Assembly (NCBI GenBank): GCA_044892525.1
Contig: CM097888.1
Location: forward strand, 58,714,001 to 58,778,000
Reading direction: 5' to 3'
From: Schmidtea polychroa
Taxonomy: Eukaryota
DNA: 64,000 bases
The position numbers and the translations under genes are program-made. The notes under the pieces were generated by a model. That model made no database searches. It saw only the letters and a list, made by a program, of their open reading frames with translations, and was not told the origin of the DNA. Positions 15,329 to 26,720 of this stretch are shown one piece after another; position 1 is the first letter of the stretch; every line of letters begins with the position of its first letter.

Positions 15329-16659
15329 TTCTTTATAATAAATCAAAACAGGAGCATTTCTTGGATAATAGGGTTTTTTATTTAAAAATTTATCTGTTTA
15401 AGAACTTGTAATTAATTCTAAAGTAGCTCTAGTTATCAGCTGATGGAAACAAATACAGTGATTTTATACTTATTTACACAAATATAAATATTTCCGTTAT
15501 CAACTCAGCGAAATGTTTAAAATATGTTTTAATTATCAGCTTATTATTTCCTCTAAATCTGCATCTCTTTATAGCACTATACTCCTCAATCTTAACATAG
15601 TAACAGTCTGAAACTGATGGCCCTTTGGTCACATTCAGCCTCCAGAGCAATTTTATGTGGCTTGTAGATATAAATAAAATATGATTAAAATAAAGTTGTT
15701 TATCTTAACTATTTTATTTAAATAATTTTAATGAGAAAGGAATATTATTTTCTTCATTCATTTTTATTTTACAAATAGAATTTATTATTAAACAAAAATA
15801 TGAATTTGCAAAACTGTGAGCAATTTCAAGTTGTAGTGTAAAAAATTAAGGTTTTGTATTATTGCATATAAATAAGTGTTTTTTGTGTATATATAACGGA
15901 AATTTTATGAAGTTCGATTGAAGGAGCAGTGTGGTAGTTTTTATATTGGTCTATTACTCAGTAATACTGAGTCAGTATGTGCCGTAATAAGTCCTGAGTT
16001 CAGAGTATTTAGTGCTGAATCTTTCGTGTAATTGTGATAGACAATAAACAGAGAAGTTATCATTCTTGTTGATATTTCAAGACACGTTTGGAGTCAGATC
16101 ATGAATTTTTAATTTCACATTTTGCCGAATAGTATTAAAACAAATTAGCAGATAGGCTGAAATATTGATCAAAGCATGAATAGAGAAAACTTGGTAAAAT
16201 ATACTAGGCGATAGCGTTACTAGAGAAGAGATATATTGTCAGCAGTTTTTCAGCTGTCAGCTGTTCACATTTAAGTTGCGCACTTTTTTCGGGTCTCAGT
16301 TTTTTATATTTATAAATATTTAATCAAAAATTACGACGTAAGAAAATGTTCTATGAATTTTTAAAAATGCATTACGTGAACGGTTAGATTAATTAAAATT
16401 TTAATATTTTGTCTGATTTTTGTAAATTGATAACGATGAGTGAAAATGAATTGTCAAGAGTAAAATAATTAGAACACTTAATTGCAAATAACATGGAAAA
16501 AGACAGTTCAGTCATTAAATAGTTATAATAGTGAAAAACTATAGCCTATACAATGAATAAATTAAATTTGCGACAAAACTTGTCTTTGTCTGTTCCGAAT
16601 TTGTTTATTGTGTTGCGAATACTTGTGATTCTTTGTGTGCGTAAATTTTTCAAAACTTA

Positions 16660-16890
16660 ATTTAATTAAAACGTATTTGAGAACTACAGTGACACAGGAT
16701 AGGTTAGGCAGTTTAGCAAGAATTTCAATCGAACAAAGTTTGTTAACATGAATTAATGTGACCCATTTAATAGAATCATTCTCTCAAGTAAAAGCCTGAA
16801 AAGTTAAATTTTTGTAATTTTTTATACGCATCAATAAAACAAATATTTCTTTTAAGTTTAAGAATTTATAACAACCTTGAGTCGGCCCGG
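16660..16890 (+). mobile_element. hAT (ZMYM1-like) transposase C-terminal relic and right end
   Basis: LIKTYLRTTVTQDRLGSLARISIE (hAT dimerisation motif); terminal ccttgagtcggcccgg resembles a CAGGGCCG-type TIR. Confidence 0.65.
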
Positions 16891-18015
16891 GTTCAAATTA
16901 TGGTGAATAATATGGATCAAGATGTTTCTAAGAATTAATATATACTTTTCCAAATAGCAATATTAAAATGAACAATAATTTGAAATCGGTTTTCTCATTT
17001 TTAGCCATACTTAAATTTCTGAATTATTATTTTGTGATAAAATCTAATTGTTTCTAATCCTAATCGTTCTGTTTCCCTGGGATCTTTGAATAATTTATTT
17101 TTATAGCGATTATATGCCATTCGATAAAATTTATTTTCTGATGAAACTTGAAATAAAAAAAACTGATTGAGAAATTATTTTTATTTCCCATTAATTACGT
17201 AAGGAATGAGGAAAAATTAATTTTTATTGAATTTCTTTTATGAAAAATTGAAGGCTGGAAAGATTTTGGTTAAATTTTCTTTTTCTTCAGATAAAATTTA
17301 GTAGCTAAGGGAATTTATTGAAAAAAATGATGAATAAAGTGTCACATTGACAGCATAGGAATACTTTATCGTTTAATTCTTATACGCCAATACTTCACTT
17401 TGTGTCTATAATTAGTTCTGCAAACATTTTATGCAAATTTAAGTTGTATTTTTCATGTGAAATGATATTTGGATTTTCATTCTGACAATTTTATTTTTAT
17501 TTTCTACAATCTTATTTTTTCAATATTTCAATAAAATTACTGAGAATTATAAAATAAATGCAAAATTAGAAATAAAAACGCCATGCAATGTGAAACAATT
17601 TAAACGCAAACTGAAAATTGAGTGTCAAAAACATGATGTGCAAACGAAAGCAGCACAACCCCCGAATCAATGGAAAGTGAAGTATTGGTGTATTGACGTA
17701 CATTATGTCGCTTATAAAAATGGCGCAATTGCACAAGTAAATTCTTTTCAGTTTTGTTCTATCTATAATTAAAGATTGAAGGAGAATGCATATATAAAGT
17801 TGTAATACAATTACATATCCTTTCGGCATGTTTTCCCCTTTCCCACTATCGACAGAACGGCTTAGTGTTAATGTTAGATTATTTAAAACTATTTTCATTA
17901 CTTAAATAGAATTCTTTTACAATTTTACAATTTTGATGGGTTTTCAGAAGCCACATAAAAACCATCATTTTTTATTTTAATAAAAGCACAAGTAATTGTA
18001 AATTTATGATTTCAG

Positions 18016-18085
18016 GCGTCCTAACACTTCAAATCCAAATTTATTAAGTAATAATGCTCCTCCAGTTCCCCCGAGACCAAATTGA
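18016..18085 (+). CDS. DNM: Dynamin, terminal coding exon
   Basis: tttcag|G CGT CCT...; completes CT+G=Leu across a 4757-nt intron: (L)RPNTSNPNLLSNNAPPVPPRPN*, typical dynamin PRD PPVPxRP. Confidence 0.82.
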
Positions 18086-18281
18086 AACCAGAAGGATTAT
18101 TTTATTGAAAATTTCTTAAATTCAGATGATAACTAAATTACTTACAATATTAACTTTATTTATTTTGACTTCTTTACTTGTTAATTATGATTATATATAT
18201 ATATAAATATATAAATATAAATTTTCTGGTGTATTATGGAGTGTTTTGATAATTTAATAACTAGTATATATAGAAATATAA

Positions 18282-18590
18282 ATAGAGAGGAGATATAAAT
18301 AGAGTGAGATATAGATAGGTGGAGAGATAGATAAGGGAGAGATAGATAAGGGAAAGATAGATAGGTGGAGAGGTAGGTAGATGGAGAGAGAGATAAGTTG
18401 AGAGAGAGAGAGAGAGAGATGGTTAGATAAATAGTTAGATAAATAGGTGGAGATATAGATAAGGGAGATGAAGATAGGTGGATATATAGTTAGATGGAGA
18501 TATAGATAGGTGGAGAGATAGATAAGGGAGAGATAGATAGATGGAAATATAGAGAGATAGATATAGGTGGAAAGAGGGAGAGAGAGAGGT
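18282..18590. repeat. Purine-rich low-complexity tract (GAGATAGATAGGTG-like units, (GA)n)
   Basis: Direct reading. Confidence 0.9.
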
Positions 18591-19131
18591 CTAAAGATAA
18601 TTGATCCAAAGTAGAATTGAAGGTTGGTTCACTGGAAATCTTTATTACAAACAAATATATTTATTGAGCTATTTTACCTATCATTAGTTCGAAAATCCTG
18701 TTTGCATATCCTTCTCATTTTATCGCTTTAATTATTTCTTAACTCAAATCTCCTTTCAATGTCGGTATTGGAAACATTTTTCAGAGGTAATCAATTTTGT
18801 CTATTACTTTCCAAATTATTGAAAGCAGCAATTATTAACACACACACACATATATACACACCTACAAGAATGGGGTTAGATATTTATGTACAATTTATGT
18901 ACTTATAGAAAATTGTCTTTTTCTGAGTGGTTAAGTTGTGTTTTAAAAATGAAATAGGAATAGGAAATTGTCATTGCTTTCAATCCTCAGAGTCAGGGCT
19001 TGCCTCGATTCTGATTGGTCGATTTCGGTTCAATAGTAATCATTGTGAGTCAGTTTTCTGTAATGTATTTTTAAACGCCTTGTTGAGTTAGTTAGCAGAA
19101 TTGATAAAAGCGAATAAAAAATTAATTATAA

Positions 19132-20913
19132 ATGTCCCAATCTGTTCTCTATAATAAATCTATTAATTCTGACATTCCGATTTTAGAAATCAAAGTCTTC
19201 AAACGAAAACTCAGGATTTTTATTGGAATATCTTTGTTATTATTTTTTGTGTTGATTGTAATTTGTATTGTTCTTATTTTACTTTGGCTTGGAATCATTA
19301 ATAAGAAACCGATTGATTTTGTCAAACAAAAAGTTGAAATTAAATGTGGCTCAATTGAAGGAAACGTAAATGATGGCATTGTGGAATTTCTCGGAATACC
19401 TTATGCATTTCCTCCAATTGATCGTCGCAGATTTACACATGCTCATGAAATTGTTGATGAAAAAGGCTGTAAAGAAGTTTATGGAAATTTAAACCACCCC
19501 TATCCGGCAAAGTCATACAAGTCTTTATGTGTCCAATACGAAAAGGATAACAATAAAATAATCGGAAGTGAAAATTGCCTTTATTTAAATGTCTATGTGC
19601 CATCAATAGCGACTAATAAAAAGCTTCCTGTAATCTTTATAATTAGTGGACTTTTCTTTACATACGGCAGTGGAAATATGGAAGGCTTCACAGTTACTCC
19701 AGAAGTTGTTAAATTTACTCAATCTATACATGTAACTTCTAATTACCGATTAGGGCCCATGAATTCTATTGTTAATCCGCAAACTAATGAAACCAATCAT
19801 GGTCTTTCTGATCAGTTGTTGGCGTTGACTTGGATTCATAAAAATATCGCAGCTTTCGGTGGAGATCAGTCAAATATAGTTTTGTATGGAGTTGGATCCG
19901 GTTCGACTGTAGCTTTAGCCCTGTCTAATTCCATTAAGGCAATTCGTTTGTTTTCAAAAATTTGGATATCCAACCCCATGACAATGGTCACAAAGACTAT
20001 GAAAGATGCTTTGAAAGTCCAAAAAACATATCTTGGTGACATTAAAAAATTGGAAGTATTTCAAGACACAGTAAAATTGGAAGCGATTTTCAAACCGTGG
20101 AATTGGACGGATATTGAAACTATAATTGTCAACCAATATTTTAATTTCCCAACTTCAAACAAGGAAATATTCACTAATAGTGGTTCCATTTATTTTTTGT
20201 TGATTGATGATGATTTCATCCATGATGGTAACATTTTGAAACGGCTACGAGTGAACCACAACATTCCTATAGTAATCGGTAATTGCGCAAATGAGGTCGA
20301 TATTTTCCCATCTCCGAGCAGTGTCCGATTTTGGCAAGCTGACTATTTCTATGACTTTATCAAACTGAAAATGAAACCATTTGGAAGAGTAGTCAATGAT
20401 GTATTTCTTGATACATTTAAAAAGAATTATGCCACAGATTCGATTCTGACAATCGAAGAAGGCTACACGAGAGCGGTGACAGATATTAGGATAACTTGCC
20501 CATTGAATTCTATTCTGAAAAAATTAATGGACATGTCAAACCGGCATAAGATTTATAGGTATATTCTGGAAGACAAACACAAACCGATAGATTATTTTAA
20601 CATAAAATATTTCAACGAATTTGCAGCATATGGATGGGACAATATCCTCTATTTTCATGGCTATAAAAGCCATCGGGTTTATGGGGCTTATGGAGAGAAA
20701 GAAATCAGTATGAGTAAAGTTTTGAATAAAGCTATGAAAGAGTTCGCATGGAACGGTGAACTAAAGGATTTTTCAGCGAGCAAAGACGGACATGTATTGA
20801 TGAGTCTTATTAAAAATGGAAAAGTTTATCGAGAATGTTTTTTGAAAACTAACGAATGCAATTTTTGGGAAAAAGAATTGGGAAATATTGAAAAATTTTC
20901 ATGGATAATTTAA
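19132..20913 (+). CDS. Type II membrane carboxyl/cholinesterase-fold protein, predicted non-catalytic (neurotactin-like), 593 aa, intronless
   Basis: Hydrophobic segment at about aa 29-55; COesterase motifs FLGIPYAFPP, SENCLYLNVY, NYRLG, DQLLALTWIHKNIAAFGGD. The GESAG elbow reads GVGSG and the catalytic His region reads AAYGWD. Confidence 0.88.
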   Translation: MSQSVLYNKSINSDIPILEIKVFKRKLRIFIGISLLLFFVLIVICIVLILLWLGIINKKPIDFVKQKVEIKCGSIEGNVNDGIVEFLGIPYAFPPIDRRRFTHAHEIVDEKGCKEVYGNLNHPYPAKSYKSLCVQYEKDNNKIIGSENCLYLNVYVPSIATNKKLPVIFIISGLFFTYGSGNMEGFTVTPEVVKFTQSIHVTSNYRLGPMNSIVNPQTNETNHGLSDQLLALTWIHKNIAAFGGDQSNIVLYGVGSGSTVALALSNSIKAIRLFSKIWISNPMTMVTKTMKDALKVQKTYLGDIKKLEVFQDTVKLEAIFKPWNWTDIETIIVNQYFNFPTSNKEIFTNSGSIYFLLIDDDFIHDGNILKRLRVNHNIPIVIGNCANEVDIFPSPSSVRFWQADYFYDFIKLKMKPFGRVVNDVFLDTFKKNYATDSILTIEEGYTRAVTDIRITCPLNSILKKLMDMSNRHKIYRYILEDKHKPIDYFNIKYFNEFAAYGWDNILYFHGYKSHRVYGAYGEKEISMSKVLNKAMKEFAWNGELKDFSASKDGHVLMSLIKNGKVYRECFLKTNECNFWEKELGNIEKFSWII

Positions 20914-21333
20914 TTTAATTCTGAAAAGATTCCATTTATAGTTTCTTGAAGTTAATTGTACTAAGATTTATGTAGCTAACAATTTTTATTCTTTATTTAC
21001 ATATATTTTGTTTTATTACTTTGAGCATTTGAAATGTTGTTATAGAGAATATAAATAATTTTATAAAGCTCATTTCATTGTTTGAATGATTATAATTAGA
21101 CTAATCAATTCTTTATTGTATCGTATTTGTTAAATCATATTTGATAATATTTGTTAAAGTTAATGCTGAAAATTTCTGTTAAATTAAACATATTGATTTA
21201 TAGTTTGAATGAATGAAGATAGACAAATTAATAAAAATAATTTTTATTATTTAAGCATTTTTTTCAGTGGTAATACGAACAACTCAATATTATTCTCGAT
21301 AAAACATAAAATTTTAAAGGTGTATGGTATAAC

Positions 21334-21620
21334 CAGGGCTATCGAGAGCCAGGCCGGGCCCCCGATGTAATTCGTCAGTACGGGCCCTCTTTGCAATTAC
21401 AAACTGATATTTTTTAAAAACATTTGTTTTAGTTATTTTAGTTGTTTTAGTAAGATATTTTAGTAAAACTTAAAAGATGAAAATGAACATGAATTTAAAA
21501 ACTTGTAAAAAAGTATTTATCTGAAATTGAAATTTTAAACCCAAATATGATTATATCATGGGCGCCTTTGGGGCCCGGGTCACGATGATTTTCATCGCCT
21601 GCATCGCCCTCTTATCAGTA
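21334..21620. mobile_element. Probable hAT MITE (CAGGGC-type end)
   Basis: Starts CAGGGCTATCGAGAGCC; GC-rich gggccc motifs near both ends; right TIR degenerate. Confidence 0.4.
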
Positions 21621-22899
21621 AATCATTCCAATGCTGATGTTGCGTTTCACCATTTTTCTAATCCTAATGCAAGATTATAATATTATATTTTTGTATTTTT
21701 CATTTTCATATTAAAACTAAACTTGTAAATGTAATTGCCTTCAAAAATTTACCATGTGACTCAGATGCTGCAAAAGGTTAAACATCCCTGATGTAAATAA
21801 TATTATTTTTGTTTGAATTATTTTCTATATTTTTAATTTGATCCGATTGGTTATGCAGTCACGCATTTGTAAACAATGGAAATAATTGTTTTTGGGATTT
21901 TTTCTCAAATATTGCGTGTCATTTATTATTAATTAATCAATTATGAAGCTGGTTATAATAATAATTATATTAATTTTCTATGTTTCGTGTTTGGAAATGG
22001 CCACCTTCCGGCGAATTAATTTTAAATTATTGCGACCGCATATTGTAAATAATTCCTTCAAATTCCATCATTGTTGTGAAAATAAAACTGAATATGAAAT
22101 CATTGTTCACCATGCCGGTAGTCGGTGGTCGTTTTTCAATAATTTATCCATAGATTACTTCATTCTAATATGACAAGCTGTGGTAACAATAATTAATAGA
22201 TTGGAAATTAAATATAAATATTTAAACAAAAAGATGTAGAAAAATATTATTAGAAAAGAGTAATTAGTTTCACCTGATTAGTTCTGATAAATGACTCTTG
22301 AAGATAGAAAATAGTTCGTCCCATCAAATAGGTTGATGGAACTTTGAATTTGTTGATAAAAAATAGCAATTAGATCATGTTTACTGCTACATGGTTTGTG
22401 AACTAGGTAATTGTCTAATTTATCTAAATGGAAGCACCGGGTCTTCTTAGACTAAAATTCAAAATTATTTATAGGAAAAAGTACCCCATGTTTTTTAAGT
22501 GATTTCACTTTGATTAATAAAAGAAGTCAAAATGTTTTTAATATCTTTCCAGGAAGAAAAATGCATTAACAAAATTTATAGTTCCTAAGATTCTAAGAGA
22601 AAATCGAAACTGTGTCTTATTTATTATATTATTCTGACAGAAAAAAAATTTCATTTCGTTACAGTATTCCCTTTACGCTACTAGGACACACCTAACTTGC
22701 AAATATGGATTGAACGAATATGGCTTTATTTTCACATTCCAAAATTACATTTATAAAAAGAGAAAACTTAATAATAACATTAACACTCGGTAATTTTAAT
22801 TTTTTATTAGATATATTTAAAAAACGATCATTTTTATCACAATCACTTACGAATATATAGTTATTCACATTTTGTTGAGTACTACAATTATTAATTAAA

Positions 22900-24075
22900 T
22901 AAAAATCAGAATCAAATTTTTGATTGGGGAAAAATCTACATTAAGATTATCAAACAAACAATCAGCCAAACATTCATTACATTCAGCATTTAGGGTCCTC
23001 AAAAAATTATCATTGCTTATATGTGATTTATCGCTCCTAACACAATGTCTGTGTGAAGCTTTGAAGCTAACGATATGTCTGATTATCCATCATAGTCGTT
23101 CGGTTCATCATCATATACTGCAGCTATGTTTTCTACATTGTTTCGATCATTTTCTTGATTAGAATTTCTATTATATCGATTGAAATTCCCATGGTTTTGA
23201 TTAGAAGTTCTTTGCAATCTCATCTCGTAGTGATTCTGTTTTTGAAAACACTGAAAACTTAAATGACCTTCTTTACCAAAACACGAACATCGAATATTTG
23301 GGCATTCCCGACGAATATGACCAATTTCACGGCATGCGTAACATTGCACTTTTTAATATTGATCTGAACTTCGACTTTGATACCAGTTTCCATTTAGAGG
23401 TCTTCCACTGAAATTTCTACTGAAATTTCTTTGAAAATCTTCTCGTCCTTCTTGAAATTGATTTCTTTGTAATTTTGAAAATTAATTTTTTTATCACTTT
23501 GATTTCGTTGATTTCCATAATTATTTCTTTTCTCATTGTTATTGTAAGATGTATTTCCAACGACTTAAACTTGTTGTATCTTGGATTTATCTTCATCCAT
23601 TTTCTGCAAAATTCTTTTAATATATTTGCCATTGGACCTTTTTGGCTATCCATCATTTCTTAAATCTTCTTTCGATAATTTTACTTTCAGCAAATCTTCG
23701 TAATTTTATATCTTTTTATTTCACGTTTTTCTTCTTCATTATCAAAACAATGTTTAGGAAGAACGTTGTCAAATTTGACATTGTTAGCAAGTGCTTCAAG
23801 ATTTTCTGAAAATCTTTTTCAATTTTACTGATGTAAGTTTCTAAATTATCTTCTTTTTTTCGATAATTTAGCAACTTTTGCAAATCCTTAGCTAAATCCA
23901 AGTTGTCTTCGAATGCTAATCTAAGCCTTTTCGCATGGTCTTCTTCATCTGGAATTTTGTCATATTTGTTGCGGCAATTTTCGTCCCAATAAGCTCGAAC
24001 AATTACATTTCTTTGACTATTGTTGTTTAATTGTCCTTGGAAGCTTGGTTCTTAGTATAATCGTCCGCGTTTCTC
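22900..24075 (-). mobile_element. Ty3/Gypsy-type gag (two CCHC knuckles) and start of protease, degenerate
   Basis: VIVRAYWDENCRNKYDKI...LRLAFEDNLDLAKDLQKLL; CYACREIGHIRREC and CSCFGKEGHLSFQC (23083-23349); CLADCLFD protease-like relic. Confidence 0.75.
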
Positions 24076-24079
24076 GACG

Positions 24080-24553
24080 GAGCAACTCGTACACTTCATC
24101 GGCCACCTCATAATCTGACAGACAACTGAAACCTGTATCATTAGCTGCGGTGATTTTCTTGACTTGTAATTTCTCAATATCTGCCTCATTTGCTAGTGGA
24201 GAACCACTTTGTTCAAATTGATTCCTAATACTCGTTACACACTTGTCAAAACTTTGATCTGAAAACATGTAATCTGACGAATCGGATCTAAATTCCTGCG
24301 GCAGCAATCCACCAAATAAATTTGATATTAGTTGGCCAAAAACACTATTAAAGTTATCAGGATCTCTTGGAGTCATAAAAAAGGAACCATCAGTTTCGTT
24401 TGTAGTATTTCGAACAGGAACATGACGAATAATATGAGAAACATTCAAGGCATCATCATTATTTTCCATTGAGTTATAACGACAGATATGAAAAGCATTC
24501 AAGGCATCATCATTATTTTCCATTGAGTTATAACAAATAATATGAAAAATCAT
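24080..24553 (-). pseudogene. Intronless RNF115/RNF126-like E3 ligase fragment inside an LTR element
   Basis: RSDSSDYMFSDQSFDKCVTSIRNQFEQSGSPLANEADIEKL...SCLSDYEVADEVYEL matches RNF126 [41 protein letters not shown]...CPVCKDDYALGERVRQL. RING-H2 is cut off before its His/Cys ligands. Confidence 0.78.
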
Positions 24554-24790
24554 ATATTTTCCCAACAGGACAGGAATTCAAAAAATTCCAACAATCAAAA
24601 GCAAATTCAAATCCATTCCAAAAAATCTAACTCGAAAACAACTCACAATTCGAAAACATCCAACAAAAACTCTGAGTCGAAATCGATCCAAACTCTGACA
24701 ATCTTCACAATTGTACGCGTCTGTGTGCGCACACCAAAACCTCCAAAAACCAGTACAACGCACACAGACGCGAGCATCGACAATTAATCA
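24554..24790 (-). promoter_or_regulatory. Structured 5' leader of LTR element (PBS-like start, hairpin)
   Basis: Perfect 14-bp stem 24716-24729 / 24759-24772; 12-nt palindrome GTGTGCGCACAC at 24723-24734; homologous to the 59915-60070 leader (ctcgcgtctgtg). Confidence 0.55.
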
Positions 24791-25153
24791 ATTGTCTAGA
24801 TGAATAATTGAAAAGTATGTTTCAATCTTCTCAATAAATTCTTCCAAATCGTCTCCAATTGAATAGATTTTCGGCTATGGGAGAATCCGTAATAATTCCT
24901 GGGTTGAAAGGTGGTTATGTAGAATAAAAATAATTTGATAAATTCCAAAAAACTTTATTTAAGAAATTGTGGTACTATTTATAGTACCCGGTGTGCCAAC
25001 ACCAACACAATCAGCAATAGCTTATTGGGAAATAATAATCAGTGACATAATTTGAGGACCCAGACAATCAAAAATAATAAATCACCATGCAGGCATTACA
25101 TAATATAAGGTAAAGGTTAGGGAAATCAAATATCCTATTATAATTACATCACA
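24788..25153 (-). mobile_element. Second LTR element: LTR (about 25153-24918) and gag N-terminus, truncated
   Basis: Minus strand TGTGATG...TATAAAT...AATAAA...TTCTACA; then PKIYSIGDDLEEFIEKIETYFSII (gag-type N-terminus). Confidence 0.55.
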
Positions 25154-25270
25154 ATAAACAAATATTCTTTGAGTGTTTTTTATAAGTATTACGTCAAACA
25201 TTTAGTTTTTATATTTACTTTTTTTTGTTGTTTTAAGACACTAATATTTTATCTAATATATTGTTTAATA

Positions 25271-25768
25271 CAGGAATACCTCGCATAGTACGGTTTCGAT
25301 CAGTACGGTTTCTCTATAGTACGGTTTTGAAATTTTCAAAATATGATTGTATTATTATTGGAATTTAAGTGAATTGCTTTTGTTGATCTTTTTTAAATTA
25401 AATTGTTGTGTTTATTTAATTTTATTTACTTTTTTTTCATCAGCTATTTTTAATATTTTTAAAATGAAATAAATTCTTTTTTTGATTTAGTGGCAATGAA
25501 TTGGTATTGCCGGCTTATAAATTTCAATAAATATATACTTAAACGTACAACTGTGTTAAATATGCTTGTTTTGCTCTTGAACATCAGAAAAATAAAAATA
25601 TATAACAAAATATTTTTTGTTTACTAGATTATAATCACGATTTTTAAATTTCTTAATAGGGGTACTAAGCCGTAAATTTATTAGCGCCAGAATGCCTCGA
25701 ATAGTCCGGTTTCAAATAGTACGGCTAAATTTCAGAACCGATTAACCGTACTGTTCGAGGTATTCCTG
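25271..25768. mobile_element. Tc1/mariner-pogo-type MITE
   Basis: TIR CAGGAATACCTCG at both ends, TA on both flanks, subterminal TAGTACGGTTT repeats. Confidence 0.88.
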
Positions 25769-26249
25769 TATATCGTTTGTATATATCAACATTTCTAAGA
25801 GGAAGTAGCCGGCCAGTTTTATGTTGCTTTCCTATCTTAAGAATTTCTTGTTATTTTTTAGAAATAATTTTTCTTGTATTTTCCAAAAAAAAATTAATAT
25901 TCATAAGTTTTTCAACATTATGAAAGGCACATTCGATTTCATCATTCAATGAGATGAATAAAAATTGCGACAGAAAATTATTGAATATTAATTTATGGTA
26001 ATTTCAAAATTAACAATGAATATAAATTATAACAAACAATAGGCATTTGATAAAACACTGATCAATTAAAACAAAAAGACTACTTTATCTCTTGATTCAC
26101 AATGGGACCTAACAGTATATGATGTGTATTTAAAATTCCGTTTAAAACTATTTCTACATTATTTCACTTCTAACTTTTTCTCTTATTGAATAAGTCTGGA
26201 ATTCGTTGACAAAAAATATGAATAGAAAAGATTTATTCAAGAATTGTCC

Positions 26250-26720
26250 ATGTGAAATTTTAATTACTTTAAAACTATTCAGACAATTCTGTTTAATGAA
26301 AAATAATTAGATTTTTCTATAAAGGATTTTCTTAGAAATGATCGACTAATTTGGATTGGTAATTAACGGCTTTAATGAATTCGTATCGTTGAATAAATAT
26401 TGGTAACTTTTGGGATTAGGCCAATAATTAAAATTTATAGCAAATGGTATAAAAGCGAAGATGAAAATTTAACCAGAATCAAAAACGTGAAAGAGGCCAG
26501 AAACTATAGAGAATTTAGACAAATTCTAAAGAAGCCATAAACAGTAGAGTAACGAGAAAACTATGGAAAAGTCAGAAATCATAATGAGATTCGATTATAG
26601 ATTTTTGGCAATATACTCGCAACTCTATAAACTAAAATATAGTAATTTGAGAAATTATTATTATCTTTTTAAAAGATTGTTTCAAAGACATTTAGTTAAT
26701 TTTTATCATCATAAATTGAT
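26250..26720 (+). mobile_element. Gypsy reverse-transcriptase relic
   Basis: GIKAKM...KRPETIENL resembles the RT C-terminal GI..DP.K...I..W..P.T...LR motif; heavily decayed. Confidence 0.3.

Noticed and set aside
17130-17160. CTGATGA...GAAA hammerhead-like core
   Set aside because: No room for stem II and no flanking stems I/III; other CTGANGA hits noticed also lacked a fold. This was a by-eye check, not exhaustive.
24542-24787. N/K/S-rich plus-strand ORF, and overlapping minus ORF 24578-24763 with CxxC-like spacing
   Set aside because: Both are by-products of the compositionally biased retroelement leader. Similarity to the RNF126 N-terminal zinc ribbon is too weak to claim.
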